Assembly (NCBI RefSeq): GCF_006345805.1
Contig: NC_042999.1
Span: forward strand, 96,658,001-96,722,000
From: Octopus sinensis
Lineage: Eukaryota
DNA length: 64,000 bases
Direction of reading: 5' to 3'
The translations under genes and the position numbers were made by a program. This document shows positions 27,500 through 40,940 of this stretch, one piece after another. Numbering within the stretch: the stretch's first letter is position 1; each line of letters starts with the position of its first letter. The notes beneath the pieces were generated by a model. It was not told where the DNA came from and ran no database searches. It saw nothing but the letters and a program-made list of their open reading frames with translations.

Positions 27500-27707
27500 A
27501 TCGTAAGTTGTCGATAAAGACGATAGCGCCGAACAAAATGCTTAGCGGCATTTTATTTTTCTTTGTTCTGAGTTCAAATTCCGCCGAGGTAGACTTCGTA
27601 TTCTATCCTTTCGAGTCAATGAAATAAGTACCAGTTACGCACTGAGGTCGATGTAATTCACTGTCCTCCTCCCTCAAATTTCAGGCCTTGTGCCTATAGT
27701 AGAAAGG

Positions 27708-27710
<3 letters not shown>
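27500..27710 (+). mobile_element. SINE family A with (ATT)n tail
   Basis: ctgagttcaaattccgccgagg...ggccttgtgcctatagtagaaagg-(ATT)n. Confidence 0.85.
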
Positions 27711-27800
<90 letters not shown>

Positions 27801-27902
27801 CTTTCGTCCTGTTTTGTCCCTTTTTGTTATAATTAATTTTTGTCAGCCCTTGTGGCCAATAAAAGAATTTATTATCATTATTATTATTATTATTATTATT
27901 AA

Positions 27903-27971
<69 letters not shown>

Positions 27972-28198
27972 TATTATTATTCCACTACACTATCTTTATT
28001 CGCCTCTGTCTTCGTTGCCTTTGCCGTTGTCATCACTTCTGCCTAGAAGGCCATTAATATTTTAATCCAGTGTGTTATTAAGGGCTACCCATATACCTTT
28101 GATTCATGTCCTAGTTACTCACCCTACCCTATTGTTTGCAACCCATATTTTGACTGCAGGACCCAATTCCTGAAAATTCCCCTTCTGTTTCACTGATT

Positions 28199-28266
<68 letters not shown>

Positions 28267-28555
28267 TACACCATCACCTCACACACTCTTCTTTCACCTA
28301 CATAAAGCTCTACCTCCCACGACCACCATTACCACCACTATCACTGCCACCATCACCACCACCGTTACTTTTAATCTTTATGTATGTCTACGGGTTAACA
28401 ACCTCGTCAGTATGCTAGCCTTACCCTCGTATTTGTTACTGCATTCCCCAACACCAACAGCACCACAACAGAGAATATCACCACAACCATGTAGCAGTAA
28501 TGGTGGTGGCGGTGGTCGTCGTCGTCGTGATCGATCGTGGTAATGTTTGTGGTAA

Positions 28556-28627
<72 letters not shown>

Positions 28628-28817
28628 TGGTGGTGGTGGTGGTTGTAGCTGGCTCTCACATATGCACGCTCAAGTCTAATAGGCTGGAGTTTGACTTGAT
28701 TATTCCCCCTCCATTCAACCACTATTTGTGACACAATGATAAACAATAAATCTTACCCAGTATCTTAACACCCCAAAGATTTTAACCTCATTCACCGATA
28801 CACTCACATTCACACAT

Positions 28818-28903
<86 letters not shown>

Positions 28904-29339
28904 ACTCACGCACATGCACAAAGATATACACATACACACATACACACATACTTTCGTACTCCCTCTAATCTTATATTTTATGACCGTTTCTTATCCTGTG
29001 TAATGCAATATTGTACAGCCCACCCTGTGAACTCCACCACACTGTTGTTTTCAATCATCCAACTTGTATGAACCTCCTCTATTTACTTATTCTATACACT
29101 GTCTCAGCTATGCATCCGTCACGTGACCAGAATCCATTACCGAGGTTATCGACTCTGTCAGATTTACACGGTGTCCAAAACTATACAACACCAAAAGCGA
29201 TTAATGTAGCTATGTTCCCACTTCTGCCGGCTGCCACATAGAAAGACGAACTAAACAACTTTCTTGAAACAGGATCGATCTCCAGATATTGATCGAAGTC
29301 TTGAGGATCGAAGGTTGGAAGGGAGATCTTAAAAGTTGG

Positions 29340-29830
29340 ACCTGTTTATGGGTCTGTAGACATGTCAGTTTTCAGTGTTTGATGGAAGTAATTCATGTAT
29401 TATTTGCTGTGTTCCTTAACTGAAAGTGCTCAAAATTTGTAAGTATGGTCATGAATTGACAGAAACATTGTATGTTTGAAGTTTTGGTAGCTGACGGCAA
29501 TGTTAAGCGATTAATCGATTTGTTCAGTTAGTAGAAGTGTTCAGCAGTTGATAAAAGTGTTTATACGTCGATGATAGTGTTCAGTAAGTTAACAGAAGTG
29601 TCCAGTAAGTTAATGGAAACAAGAACGATAAATGGTTAAAGCAGGTGTTCTTTCATTGAATGAAGCAGTGTGTATCTGACCTTTAATGGAAGTGTTCAAG
29701 TATTGAAGTATATATTTTTGGAAGTGCTCAGTTGTTGATATAAGAATTCAGAGATAGGTGGAAATATAAAGAAATGTTCAATCAGTGAAACAGTGCAGTT
29801 ACTTGCTTGAAGGAGTCAGGAATCGATAAA
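29340..29830. repeat. Degenerate ~20-22-bp minisatellite
   Basis: Recurring (g/a)gaagtgttcag...gat units, e.g. agaagtgttcagcagttgat, agaagtgtccagtaagttaat, ggaagtgctcagttgttgat. Confidence 0.55.
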
Positions 29831-29885
29831 CAGAGATTTCATCAATAAAACTTCCAACATAATAAAGTTTAAAGCTCATATATAT

Positions 29886-29956
<71 letters not shown>

Positions 29957-29965
29957 AAATATATA

Positions 29966-29997
<32 letters not shown>

Positions 29998-30879
29998 CCA
30001 ATAAGTAGACAAAGGAAAGAAGGATACTTAACACATTTATTGGGAGTTACATGTATGGGTCAAAAAAGTTTAATTCAAGTTCCTTGGTACTCTAAGTTTT
30101 AAGCGTGATGCTAATCTTCGGCCTTAAGAATTTGAATAAAGTCAAATGCTTATTACCGGACTTTAGCCTGCAAATGGCCGAGAAAACTCACGTGGTGGCA
30201 CAGTTTGATGTTAGTATTCCAGCGGCTACAATTACTTGAAAAAAAAAGAACCATATGGTGAACAGAAAATCGACCGCGTGGTGGACTGGAAATCGTACGC
30301 GTGGTTGGGAGGAGTTGGAAAGGGCGGTATATGTGCGAGTATACATGCATATATGCGTATACGCATATGCTTGTATATGCGTGTGTGTATGTGCTTATAT
30401 ATGCGCGTATGTATGTGCATCAGTAATTATGCGAGTGTATGTGTACATTCACACATCCGCGTGCGCGAGCGCTCAGATAGGCATGCATGCATATACACGT
30501 ACACATACATGCATGCACACACATACACATGCATGCATATACTTACCCAAATGTATATACGCATATGAGTAAACGCATACGTGCGCGTGTGCATGAGTGC
30601 GTGCGTGCTTATATAAGTTTGTGTGCTTACATGCAAGTACACACACGAGTGCACATGTATACAGGCGCGCGCATATGCATACTAGTGCGCATATATCCGT
30701 GCGTATGCATACGGTGTACAGATGCATATGCGCACGCAAATGCGCTCGCGCACATTTATATATACTCGTCTGGTTGTGTAAAAGGAGTAACGACATGCTG
30801 GTAGACAAGCATGCAGAAGCGTTGCAGATTGGTGATTTGCGGTGCTGGTTATGGGGGTTATTTGGTGACAGTGACCTTG

Positions 30880-31550
30880 GTGCAAGTGGTGCAGTGGGGA
30901 AGCTGGCACTATGGAGGTGTATCTGAGTTACCAGCGGCCAGTGGCTTGAAATTTACCAGAATGGTATTCCTCTGGTCACAGCAATAGGATAATTCATATT
31001 TTTTGTTGATGGATACCGAGGGTTGATAGATGATACGCAGGTTTTCGCGGAGGCAGAGCTGGCAATTAGAGGCGCCGAGTGAATATGGAGGTGCCCTGTC
31101 AACAATAGTCTTCTTGATGCTGGGTGTTTCATCTCGGAGGTTACGGAATAACCAGAGAAAGTGCGACAGGGAAGTGGATTTCTCTCTATCCCTGGATCTG
31201 AATGAGTGAATCTGCTGGGAGTACCTTCCCTTGAAGTCATTGGCTGTCATAGTGCCTAATGAAGCCATTGGATGATGTATACTATACTTTGTATATTACA
31301 GCCCATGAGAGACAAGATCCTTCTAGATCGTAGATGGTGGGGTTTCGGTAGTTGCAAGTTGGGATTTGAGGTCGTGTAAGTGTATTTTTACATCTGTTGA
31401 TGCGTGTGATGTTAGATGCGATGTTGTCTAACAGAGCTAGCTCACCTTGACATTACGAGGGTTGAAGAGTTTGTAATACTTATGACCTTCCTGATTGGCT
31501 GTACATATAGCTTGAGATAGCCCGGCCATCGTCCCTGTAGAGGGAAAACC
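30880..31550 (-). mobile_element. Hydra-clade-like PLE fragment (RT motif C fused by deletion to linker plus GIY-YIG)
   Basis: LYRDDG, then HKYYKLFNPRNVKVS, CNYRNPTIYDLEGSCL..VIYK, FKGRY, STSLS...W, CQLCLRE, INKKYEL. Confidence 0.8.
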
Positions 31551-31552
31551 TC

Positions 31553-31600
31553 AGATAGATAGACAGACAGCTAGCTAGCTAGCTAGATAGATAGATAGAT

Positions 31601-31662
<62 letters not shown>

Positions 31663-31673
31663 TAGAGATAGAT

Positions 31674-31769
<96 letters not shown>

Positions 31770-31770
31770 G
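31553..31770. repeat. (GATA)n tetranucleotide microsatellite
   Basis: Direct reading. Confidence 0.95.
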
Positions 31771-31771
31771 T

Positions 31772-32078
31772 TCTGTTCAGTAATGGTAAGATCAACAAAA
31801 AAGTACTCCATCTCTTAAGTGATAAATATTATTTAATAAACTCAATGTATGGTTTTATAAGCTACTATTAGTTTCTTGTGCTGAAGACATAGCGAACAGT
31901 GTTTTACAACGTGTTTTGTGTCCCAGACAATCATCTGACATTGTCCACATGGTATAACGAACTAAAAATGGGACGAGAAGAAAAGCAAGAAAAGATGAGA
32001 AGAAAATGTACATAAAAAGTGAAAGTTTGAAGGCTAAAAAGATTGTGGCTTAGAGCCTATGGTACAGTTATTCAATTC
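31772..32078 (-). mobile_element. Inverted pseudo-LTR of the adjacent PLE
   Basis: Reverse complement matches 34690-34995 (gaattgaataactgtaccataggctctaagcc...) and, in its distal part, 32330-32490. Confidence 0.85.
31859..31941 (-). ncRNA. Hammerhead-like motif, family H1 (core mutated to CAGAUGA)
   Basis: Minus strand: CAGATGA - long hairpin - GAAACTAATAGTA. Confidence 0.55.
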
Positions 32079-32325
32079 AGCTAGCAACGTTATGGAATCT
32101 GAAATCGAATGCAACATGACGTATGATAAAGTAGAAGATATTCGAAAAATCCACACCATAAGTTAAAAGATCATAAAAATATAAGCTATGCGTAGCTGAA
32201 AAAACTCAGATCCTTTTCAGATCTAAGAACTCTAACTAGCTGAATTCTGGATCCGAAACTTTCAGCGCTTGTAAGCATATGCCTAATTCCCTGTCGAAGA
32301 ATTGGGGATTACCTCCCCCACCGGA

Positions 32326-32411
32326 GTATCTGATGATCGTGCTGGGACACCAGACGTGTTATAAAACACTACCTGGCATGTTCTCAACACATGAAACTAA
32401 TAGTAGCATAT
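32326..32411 (+). ncRNA. Type I hammerhead ribozyme motif, family H1
   Basis: CTGATGA (32330) - ~56-nt stem II - GAAA (32393) - palindromic ACTA-A-TAGT - GUA site; stem I weak. Confidence 0.65.
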
Positions 32412-32613
32412 AAAAACTTATATTGTGTTTATTAAAAGATATTTACCTCTCAAGAGATGGAGTACTTTTTTTGTTGATCTTACCATTACGCAACAGTGCA
32501 CGATATACCTCCACACGTGGCTTTCTACTGCAAATTCATAACTTTCATATGATTGGCGGGACTGCTTTGCTGAGTTGAGTAACTCTAAATATTTTACCAG
32601 TTTACACAGTATT

Positions 32614-34650
32614 ATGGATTTACACGACACGAATTACTCTGCTAAAAACATACCTATACCACCGAATAAACTATATCTCAGGATATTCATCCAGACAGTT
32701 GAAACGGATGAGATGGAAATGCTTATTTTTTTTTACACTACACTATCTCCCACTTATACGGAACGTTAAAATTTAAAGGCACGTAAATACCTCACTACGG
32801 TTAAAGACTCAGTCACTTTTGAGATAGACATCTTTAATTTAGTAACCAATACTAGATTCCATAAGTGTCATAACTATTTCAAACTAAAATGAAATCTGGT
32901 TTTAAAAACTTTAGAAGTTCTAAAAAGAAATTCGTATTTTCTGATAAGACCAACAAACTGTATGAAGTTACTAATGAACTATATGATAAGTTACTATATG
33001 ACACATTTTCCACAAAATATAAGAAAGATAACACAGAGAGATACAACTATATTAACGATGATGCTAAACTCCTCGCTAAACGTAGTAAAATCGACGATAA
33101 ATTCGAATGCTTAGCTAAAAGAGAAGTCATTATTACTTTAAAAGACCATAAATCTAATTTTCATAATAAACCCACTTGTAGATTGTTAAACCCAGCGAGG
33201 TCTGAAATTTGGCTAGTAGTTAAAAAAATACTATGAAACATCAAAAATAAAATTAGAGACACCGCTAGACTTCAACAATGGAATAATAATTTTATGTGAC
33301 AGATTAGTTCATGAACATTAAGAATAAGGCTAGATTCACTCAGTTTGACATTATAGATTTTTATTCCTCCATTTCTAGATCGCTGCTTCATGAAGGCATC
33401 GAGCTTGCTAAATCATATGTTGATATAGACCCTTTAGACCTGGACTTTATTAGTCATGCAAGAAAAACAACTGTTTAGTAAGGACTCAGCAAATGTAAAA
33501 AAAACGGGGGGGTCGGATAATGACGAATTCTTCTATATATTTATGGGGTCGTACGATAGTGCTGATGTTGTGGATCTCTGTATTAAGCACATTGAGATCT
33601 AAGTACCCATCTCATGACGTTGGTCTTTACCGAGACGACGGTTTGGGTATTTACCATGGCTGTGATGGCCACATCCTTGATAAATTTAGGAAACAACTTG
33701 CTTCAGTTAGCCCTTAAAATCACGGTCGCTACTAAGCTGTCTAAAACTGATGTTTTAGATGTTTCCCTAGACTTGAACTTCTCCTTTTATAAACCTTACC
33801 ATAAGCCTAATGGGAAACTTTCCTGTGTATATGAACAGTCTTGTCACCCTCCTGTAATATTTAAAATCATGATTGCTAACATTAGTAACAGATTCTAACT
33901 TATCTTCCTCTAAAAAATTTTCGAGAAGGCAGACCCCTACTACAGCTATGCCATAGCCGATAGTGACTTTAAAGATAAATTAATATTCAACTCCTATAAT
34001 AATAATAATCGGATTAATAATTATTTACCTTAAAAATAGACCAAGAAAAATTATTTAGTTGCCCCTTCTTTTTCCCTCAACTTAAAAACTAACATAGGTA
34101 AAAGATTCCCGTCTCTCCCCGAGACACTTTTTCCGGAAAATCACAGGTACAGGAAAATATTTAACAGGCGATCAGTGAAATTATTATATAGCTGCTGCCC
34201 TAATATAACGAGTATCACTACACGAGATCAACACCAAGTGCCCTCTCCCAGTTGTAACTGTCGAAACTCAAGAAACTGTCCACTCGACCAGGGATGAATG
34301 ATTAAATCCGTTATATAAAAGGCAGAAGTTACTGCAACACAACCGATATGAAGAGCAACATCGGATTATGTGAAGCAGAATTCAAGAATTGCTATGCTAA
34401 TCACATATCTTCCCTCCGACACAGGGACAAAAGTGGAACTGCTAAGTTGGCTGGCCAAGTATGAAGTTTGAAATCGAACGCAGCACCACGTTCGATAAGG
34501 CGGAAAATAGTCAAAAATCCACATCATATGTTAATGGATAAAAAAATGTAAGCTGTGCAAAGCTGAAACAATTGAAATCCTTTTCAGATTTAAGACCTCT
34601 AATATTCTGAACTCTAGATCCGAAATAAGTTCCTGTTGAAGAATTGGGAA
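32614..34650 (+). pseudogene. Decayed PLE RT plus GIY-YIG ORF
   Basis: YSAKNIPIP, KRMRWK, SDKTNKLY, TLKDHKSNF...CRLLNPARSE, FDIIDFY, GLYRDDGL, YKPYHKPN, CNCRNSRNCPL, IGLCE..FK..YANH, CKLCKAE; many stops and frameshifts. Confidence 0.9.
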
Positions 34651-34877
34651 GTGCTCCCCCAACCCACAACCATCACCACCACCACCACCGAATTGAATAA
34701 CTGTACCATAGGCTCTAAGCCAAAATCTTTTCAGCCTTATAATTTATAAATATAAGGGATATAACTGTTATTTCGTTTTCCAGGTTTTTCAGTCTTTCAC
34801 TTTTTATATATGCTTCTTTTAGGCCTTATCTCGCTTTTTCTCTCATCTCATTTGTAGTTCGTTATGCCATGTGGGCA

Positions 34878-34961
34878 GTGTCTGATGATTGTGTTGAGAC
34901 TTCAGACGTGTTATAAAACGCTGTTTGTCATGTTTTCAGCGCATGAAACTAATAGTAGCAC
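34878..34961 (+). ncRNA. Type I hammerhead ribozyme motif, family H1 (best copy)
   Basis: gtgt-CTGATGA (34882), stem II tgtgttgaga/tttcagcgca, GAAA (34945), ACTA-A-TAGT, GUA site, then gcac pairing with gtgt. Confidence 0.75.
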
Positions 34962-35539
34962 ACAAGAACTTATATTGTGTTTATTGAATAATATGTGTGT
35001 GTGCGTGTGTGTGTATGCATATATACCTACATATATAAATATATATATATACATACATACATACATACATACATACATACATACATACATACATACATAC
35101 ATACGTACATGCATACATACAAACGTACGTATATACACACACGATAATTTTGATGCAACTTTCTGTATTGTTCTCTCTCTCCCCTTTCGTTTTTTCTCTC
35201 TTCCTTTCTCTAATTCTTTTTATCTCCCCTTCTCCCCCTTTCGTTTTTATCTTATCCTTTCTCTAATTCTTTTCCTCTCTTCACAGTCCTCTATATGTCC
35301 CTCTCTCTTTTTCACTGTTCCTCCTTTACATTCTCGTTGCTCACGCGTGACCCTCGGCCATCTTTCTTTTCCTAACTTGAGCTTCTTTTCCTTTGATCTG
35401 CTACACAGATTACACGCATTCTTGTCTGTTCCCTCTTCTATCTTTTCTCCTGTCAAAGCTTGTTCCTCCAGCGTTCGCCACCTTACCTCGTTATGGCTCA
35501 GCACCCCTTGCTGTTTGTTTTCACTGTCCTGTTTTTCTT

Positions 35540-36000
35540 ACCAGCTTTGACTCTCTGCGAATCCTAAATTTTATTTTACTTTGCGGGAGCAACTGTTTTC
35601 TCGAAGATACATCTTGTCTCAGTTGCTCGAAATATGGAGTAGATAAACAGCCGGCAACTGATGAAGTGTCATTCTTTATGCTACTTGTGTCTTGTTTTCC
35701 ATTGTTTCTTTCGTTGTTCGCAAAAACTTTCGTATTCCATGTTTTCGTATTTCGTATTTCATGTTGTTTACGTTTTATGACGTCTTGTACCCATATATGT
35801 TTATGATTGATTGCTAACCAATAAATCTTTTGTTATTTTCTCTCTTTGTTTATTTCTGTGATCCTTTCTGTTGAAGAGCGTATGCTCGAAACGTAAAGGC
35901 GTGTTTGACTTCCCGAGCGTTAAACTAATACATCTATTTGTTGCTTACACACCCGTCTTCGTCTTTTGTTTATTTTTTTGTAAATTCCAACTATATACAT
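35540..36000 (+). mobile_element. Solo PLE pLTR-like unit (EN tail, UTR, H2 hammerhead)
   Basis: EN-tail-like LLC.EQLFSRRY; 3' part homologous to 40860-41040 and to the 3' end of the PLE at 54660-54850. Confidence 0.6.
35864..35899 (+). ncRNA. Minimal hammerhead-like motif, family H2
   Basis: cttt-CTGTTGA-A-GAGC(gtat)GCTC-GAAA-CGT-A-aagg; A6 mutated. Confidence 0.55.
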
Positions 36001-36054
36001 ATATATGTAAGTATGTACATATATATATATATTATTTATATTATATATATTTAT

Positions 36055-36103
<49 letters not shown>

Positions 36104-36727
36104 ATATTATATATATATGTATGTATATGTACATATATGTGCGTGTATGTGTATGTGTGTGTGCAATGAATATATATTTGAATATCTGTGGTGGGTTACT
36201 TGTGCGTCAACATACGAGTGTATATATGTGTATGTGTGTATATATGTGGGCCCTGTTTACTTGTAAACTACAAGTGCATTGCTTAAATACAGTTTAAAGG
36301 AGAGAAAATGTATTTGATATGAGAGAACTGAGAATCACTCAGAATGACGGCATTTTCCCTTTCATTATCTTCCTTCACAATGTATTTTACTATCTCTTTC
36401 CTTCTCCTTATCCCCTCTTTTTCTCTTTATCCCTTTCTTCTTCTTTATCACTCAGTCTTAGTCTTCGTTTTATGTAATCGAGTACAAACGCAAACGTACG
36501 AAGATCCACATAGTTCTGTATATACGTATATGTGTACATGTACACATTTTTATTGTTATGTATGTGAATGTGCATGAGTGCATGCGTGTATGTACATATT
36601 CGGTGAAGGAATGTAAGTATATAATATGCATGGATACAAGCACATACGTACGTCTGTTCATACATATGTAGGGGCCAAATTTCTCATTAAGGTAAATATA
36701 TGCGTCTATGAGTGTAGGCGTGTGTAA

Positions 36728-36768
<41 letters not shown>

Positions 36769-36862
36769 AGTGTAGGTATGTGCGTATGTATATATATATA
36801 TACATATATATATACATATATGTATATACATACATACATACATACATACATACATACATACA

Positions 36863-36894
<32 letters not shown>

Positions 36895-37041
36895 CATTCA
36901 TTCATTCGTCCAGACATGCAGAAATATATATACCTGGAAGACAAAAATGCGCATTACAGAGTTACGAGTATATAAAACAAATATGTTCTTATGTGTAAAT
37001 GTGTGCGTGTGTATATGAGTGTGTGCGCATATGCGTGTGAT

Positions 37042-37072
<31 letters not shown>

Positions 37073-37086
37073 TGTGTGTGTGTGTG

Positions 37087-37118
<32 letters not shown>

Positions 37119-37529
37119 TTGGGCATCCGAATATGTTTGCTTGTGTATATGTGGTGGTAAGATTATGCAGATTTATGAATTCCGTCACGTTCGCGCGCAA
37201 ATTATTAACTGACGCCAAATAAAGTAACGTCCAGGAATGTCTGTAAACATACAGAAATATAAAGGGAAAAAACCACACCGACACACACACATACTTTGCA
37301 CGTACTTTTGCACACACGCACACATCCTCACACTTACAGAAAGTACAGATAAAATCATCCTAATATTTACTTTAACTTGGATCACCATCGTACCATATGG
37401 CGTATCTTGGGCATCTAAATCTGGACGAGATAATACTTTTCCAGATCTGACTTCAGCCGATTGCTTCATGAGAGAGAAAGGGGACAAAGAGAGAGGAAGA
37501 CAGAAAGAGAGAAAGAAGAGTCGATCCCA

Positions 37530-37680
37530 GTATTGATTTCACATTTTGGCACAAGGTCAGCAATTTCGAGGGAGGGAGCAAGTCGATTACATCGACCCCA
37601 GTATTCAGCTGGTACTTATTTTATCGACCCCGAAAGGATGAAAGGCAAAATCGACCTCGGTGGAATTTGAACTCAGAACG
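37530..37680 (-). mobile_element. SINE family A, 5'-truncated
   Basis: Tail and core match. Confidence 0.85.
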
Positions 37681-38454
37681 CACAAACAAAAATCAATCCC
37701 ACTATGACCGTCTAAATAAAGAAAAGTAATGTTTACTATGGTGGGATTTGAACTCGTACCACAGGAATCCAGAATGAATATTGTCAGGCGTTCTATCCGA
37801 TGTTTAGAAACTACCAAATAGCTGCTTTATGTCCTAATATTGAGCGCATTCTTTTTTATTGGTAAACCATGATAATGTTTATGAATGGAAAGCTAATTGG
37901 GTGAAACCAATCCTTATTCTAGCTACAGTCATGTGACCATTTAAATTGAACTGCGGAAATTAACTAAAGACTCCTTGCTGTTGTTTGTTCTTTAACCTTG
38001 TTCTTAGTACCCTATTCACTGTTCGTGGCAAATGTAATAATACCTTGCACTGGGATTGCACACGATGTTAGTATATAACACAAGGATACAATTCAGTGTT
38101 ACACAAACAACAACTGCTAAAAATTGCACAGCGGTAACAGAAAATTTTAGTTGATATTCTTGAAGTAAGTTTCATTTTTCTTGACCTAAGACTCTTTCTA
38201 ATAAAATGCCATATCCAAAAAAACTAGAAACGGTTGCATTTGAAATGTAAGCAGGAAATTTGTTCAAATGAAAACAAGGAGATAAGTTGCTTCTACACTG
38301 TTATGCAATCTTCCAGAAATAGAAGCCAAATTTTCCTAAAAATTACACCCTACAATTTTAAAAAAATAATAATAAAGTAGGGCACGTTACGGAATGTAGA
38401 CTTAGATGTATGTCTCAAAATGTATATGTATAAAGACAAGATGATCATAAGTCC

Positions 38455-38686
38455 TTTCAATTATAGGCACAAGTCCTGAAATTGAGGGGGAAGGGACTAG
38501 TCGATAACATTGACCCCAGTACACAGCTGCTACTTATTTATCGACTCTGAAAGGATGAAAGGCAAAGTCGACCTCGGCGGAATTTGAACTCAGAACGTAG
38601 CGGTAGAAGAAATATCGCTAAGCCTTTCGCCCGGCGTGCTAACGTTTCTGCCAGCACATCATCTTTTCTACCAGCTCGCCGCCTTA
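38455..38686 (-). mobile_element. SINE family A
   Basis: Full length, with a small insertion in the head. Confidence 0.9.
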
Positions 38687-39180
38687 CTAGATGATCACAA
38701 GTGAAGTGTGAATTGTTGTAGCTATCCTTGATCAAAGCAACACGAAATTAATCAACTGAGACACATCACCTTCGTTAATAATTTCTAAGAGAAGCTTCCT
38801 AATGGCCATTCGATCACCTACAAATAGCAGCAAAATCTCTTTGAAATCACACTCTATCGTATTGTCAAACAAACTTGAATATACATAGAATAAGGTAGTC
38901 CTAGATAAACTACATCTGAATATAAACTTACTGGCCATATTTAGAATATCATGTCTGACTGCTTGAACAGGTAGATGTAGTGATAAACAACGTTGTTGTC
39001 TTAGTGACTCTTAAATAGAGAAAGATATTGTGGGAGATTTCAAGCAGGCCTTAAAATAAATAAAGTTAAATCTAATTCATAAACAGGAAACGTGTAATAA
39101 TACACTGCTGAAAAATGGTATATAAAGACAGTCATTATAACCGGACGAGCCACAGATTACTACAGCTGCTGCTGCTGCTG

Positions 39181-39250
<70 letters not shown>

Positions 39251-40754
39251 CACTTACTACCACCATCACTACCATCACCGTTACTAACCACCACCTACTA
39301 CGACTACTAAATTGTAACCAAATATATGATCATGTATACTTTTTCTCCAAAAAGAATTGCAAAATTGTGATTGATGAATGTTGGTGGAGTAACCAAAGTA
39401 TTCGAATGATAGCAAATGAAAGCAAGCGCTCAACGACTCCCAAATAAACTGCTATGCATACAATGATAATACTTCCACACAAGACCACTACCTCCAGAGA
39501 AGGTTCAATGATAGAACGAATACAAAAATTTTAGTTAAGACTATTCTTTTTAATTTTCTCCGTAGTAAATAACAGAAATAATGAGGCAGTATTTGCAGAG
39601 ATCTCTTTAAGTTGCGAAGTCAAAACCTAGCCGCATATACATTAGTTTTCATCATTCATAAGTGTGTGCCAGCAATGTAATGGATTCAATGCATTCGATT
39701 ATCCTCTTTCTTTACATAGTTATGATTTGAATCGATATGGAAGATAAACGGCCCTTATCAGCATCTTCGAAGCTGAATTGCAAAGCATATGTTTGTAATC
39801 CTTCTCTTGTGTCGATATAGATCTTCTCTACATATTTGTGTTCCATCATCGATATGAAACAATGAAAATTCTTTAGCAGTAAAGCCAGATTGAGAATCTC
39901 AAAAGTCAAACTGGGAATCAAACTTTTATTTGATGTAAGAATGTAACAAGTTCCATAAAATAGAAAATAAGTTTTCATCAAACTGATTTCATGGAAAATA
40001 AAGAAGTGAAATAATTTCAAAAATGTTAACAATATAAGAGTTATATTTCTATATCTTAAGTTGTTTGACATGTTACTGTCTTCTAAAATTTGTTTTGTGT
40101 CGTAATCTGAAAACCGCTACACTCACATTTCTCAACAGTCAAATTTATCTACATTTGCATGCTTTTTTAGACAGGAGATTTTGGTCAATAAGAACTTTCT
40201 AGTGTTTTCCCCAAGCAGCTTAATCTTTGTATCTCGCTTTTATATGAAATTTCGTAAAGAAAATGCTGAGAACCCCAAAATCCAGAAAAAAACTTATAAT
40301 ATACGACGTGAAACATCATTTAATATATATTAATAAGAACTATCGCTTAGTGTCGAATATATTTAACTAATACCGAGACTAGGATTCGTTTCTTACTTTG
40401 GATTCAATTATATTCTCCTGGAATCGTCGGCCATATTAGAAAAGATTAAAACGGTAGAAATTACCAGTTATTGCTGACTCTCCTCAATGCATTATTCCAA
40501 TGCGTTCGCTCTTTGAAGTGGTGTTATTTACCCAGAGTAGGATGTGCAATACTGTTTTACTTCGTGACATGAATGGGTAAAACATGACCAACACAATTCA
40601 ATTTTATTTCAGGTACAAATAACTCATATTGTCACATAAATAGACTTTACATCAATTTATTCCTTCAAAAAAGATACATATATATTGCTTAAGAAAGATA
40701 CAAACCATATGTGAGGTTTAAGTAAAAATTACTGTAATCTAATAATCGCTACTG

Positions 40755-40809
<55 letters not shown>

Positions 40810-40904
40810 CGTATATATACATACATATATGTATGTATGTATATATGTATGTGAATCGTTGAAAATTTTCTTCCTCCGTCTTCCTTTCTATTGGACTTTC
40901 TTCT

Positions 40905-40940
40905 GTTTCCGAAGATGAGCGTCTGCTCGAAACGTTAAAC
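40905..40940 (+). ncRNA. Minimal hammerhead-like motif, family H2, in a solo pLTR-like unit (40860-41040)
   Basis: gttt-CCGAAGA-T-GAGC(gtct)GCTC-GAAA-CGT-T-aaac. Confidence 0.6.

Larger units (their letters stand above)
32078..34995 (+). mobile_element. Hydra-clade-like Penelope-like element: pLTR - ORF - pLTR
   Basis: Upstream repeat of EN tail plus hammerhead motif (32078-32490), decayed ORF, downstream hammerhead motif; clade assignment rests on recalled motifs (DKT instead of DKG, CxC-x5-C-x5-C linker, C-terminal EN). Confidence 0.85.

Noticed and set aside
29150-29330. Possible CR1/L2-like LINE 3' tail (KDELNNFLE)
   Set aside because: Single short weak motif; not supportable without a search
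39712-40071. Minus-strand non-repetitive ORFs (also 38732-38938, 37185-37487, 62985-63224)
   Set aside because: No recognisable domain, no convincing splice pairs, and lengths expected by chance; not called as host exons
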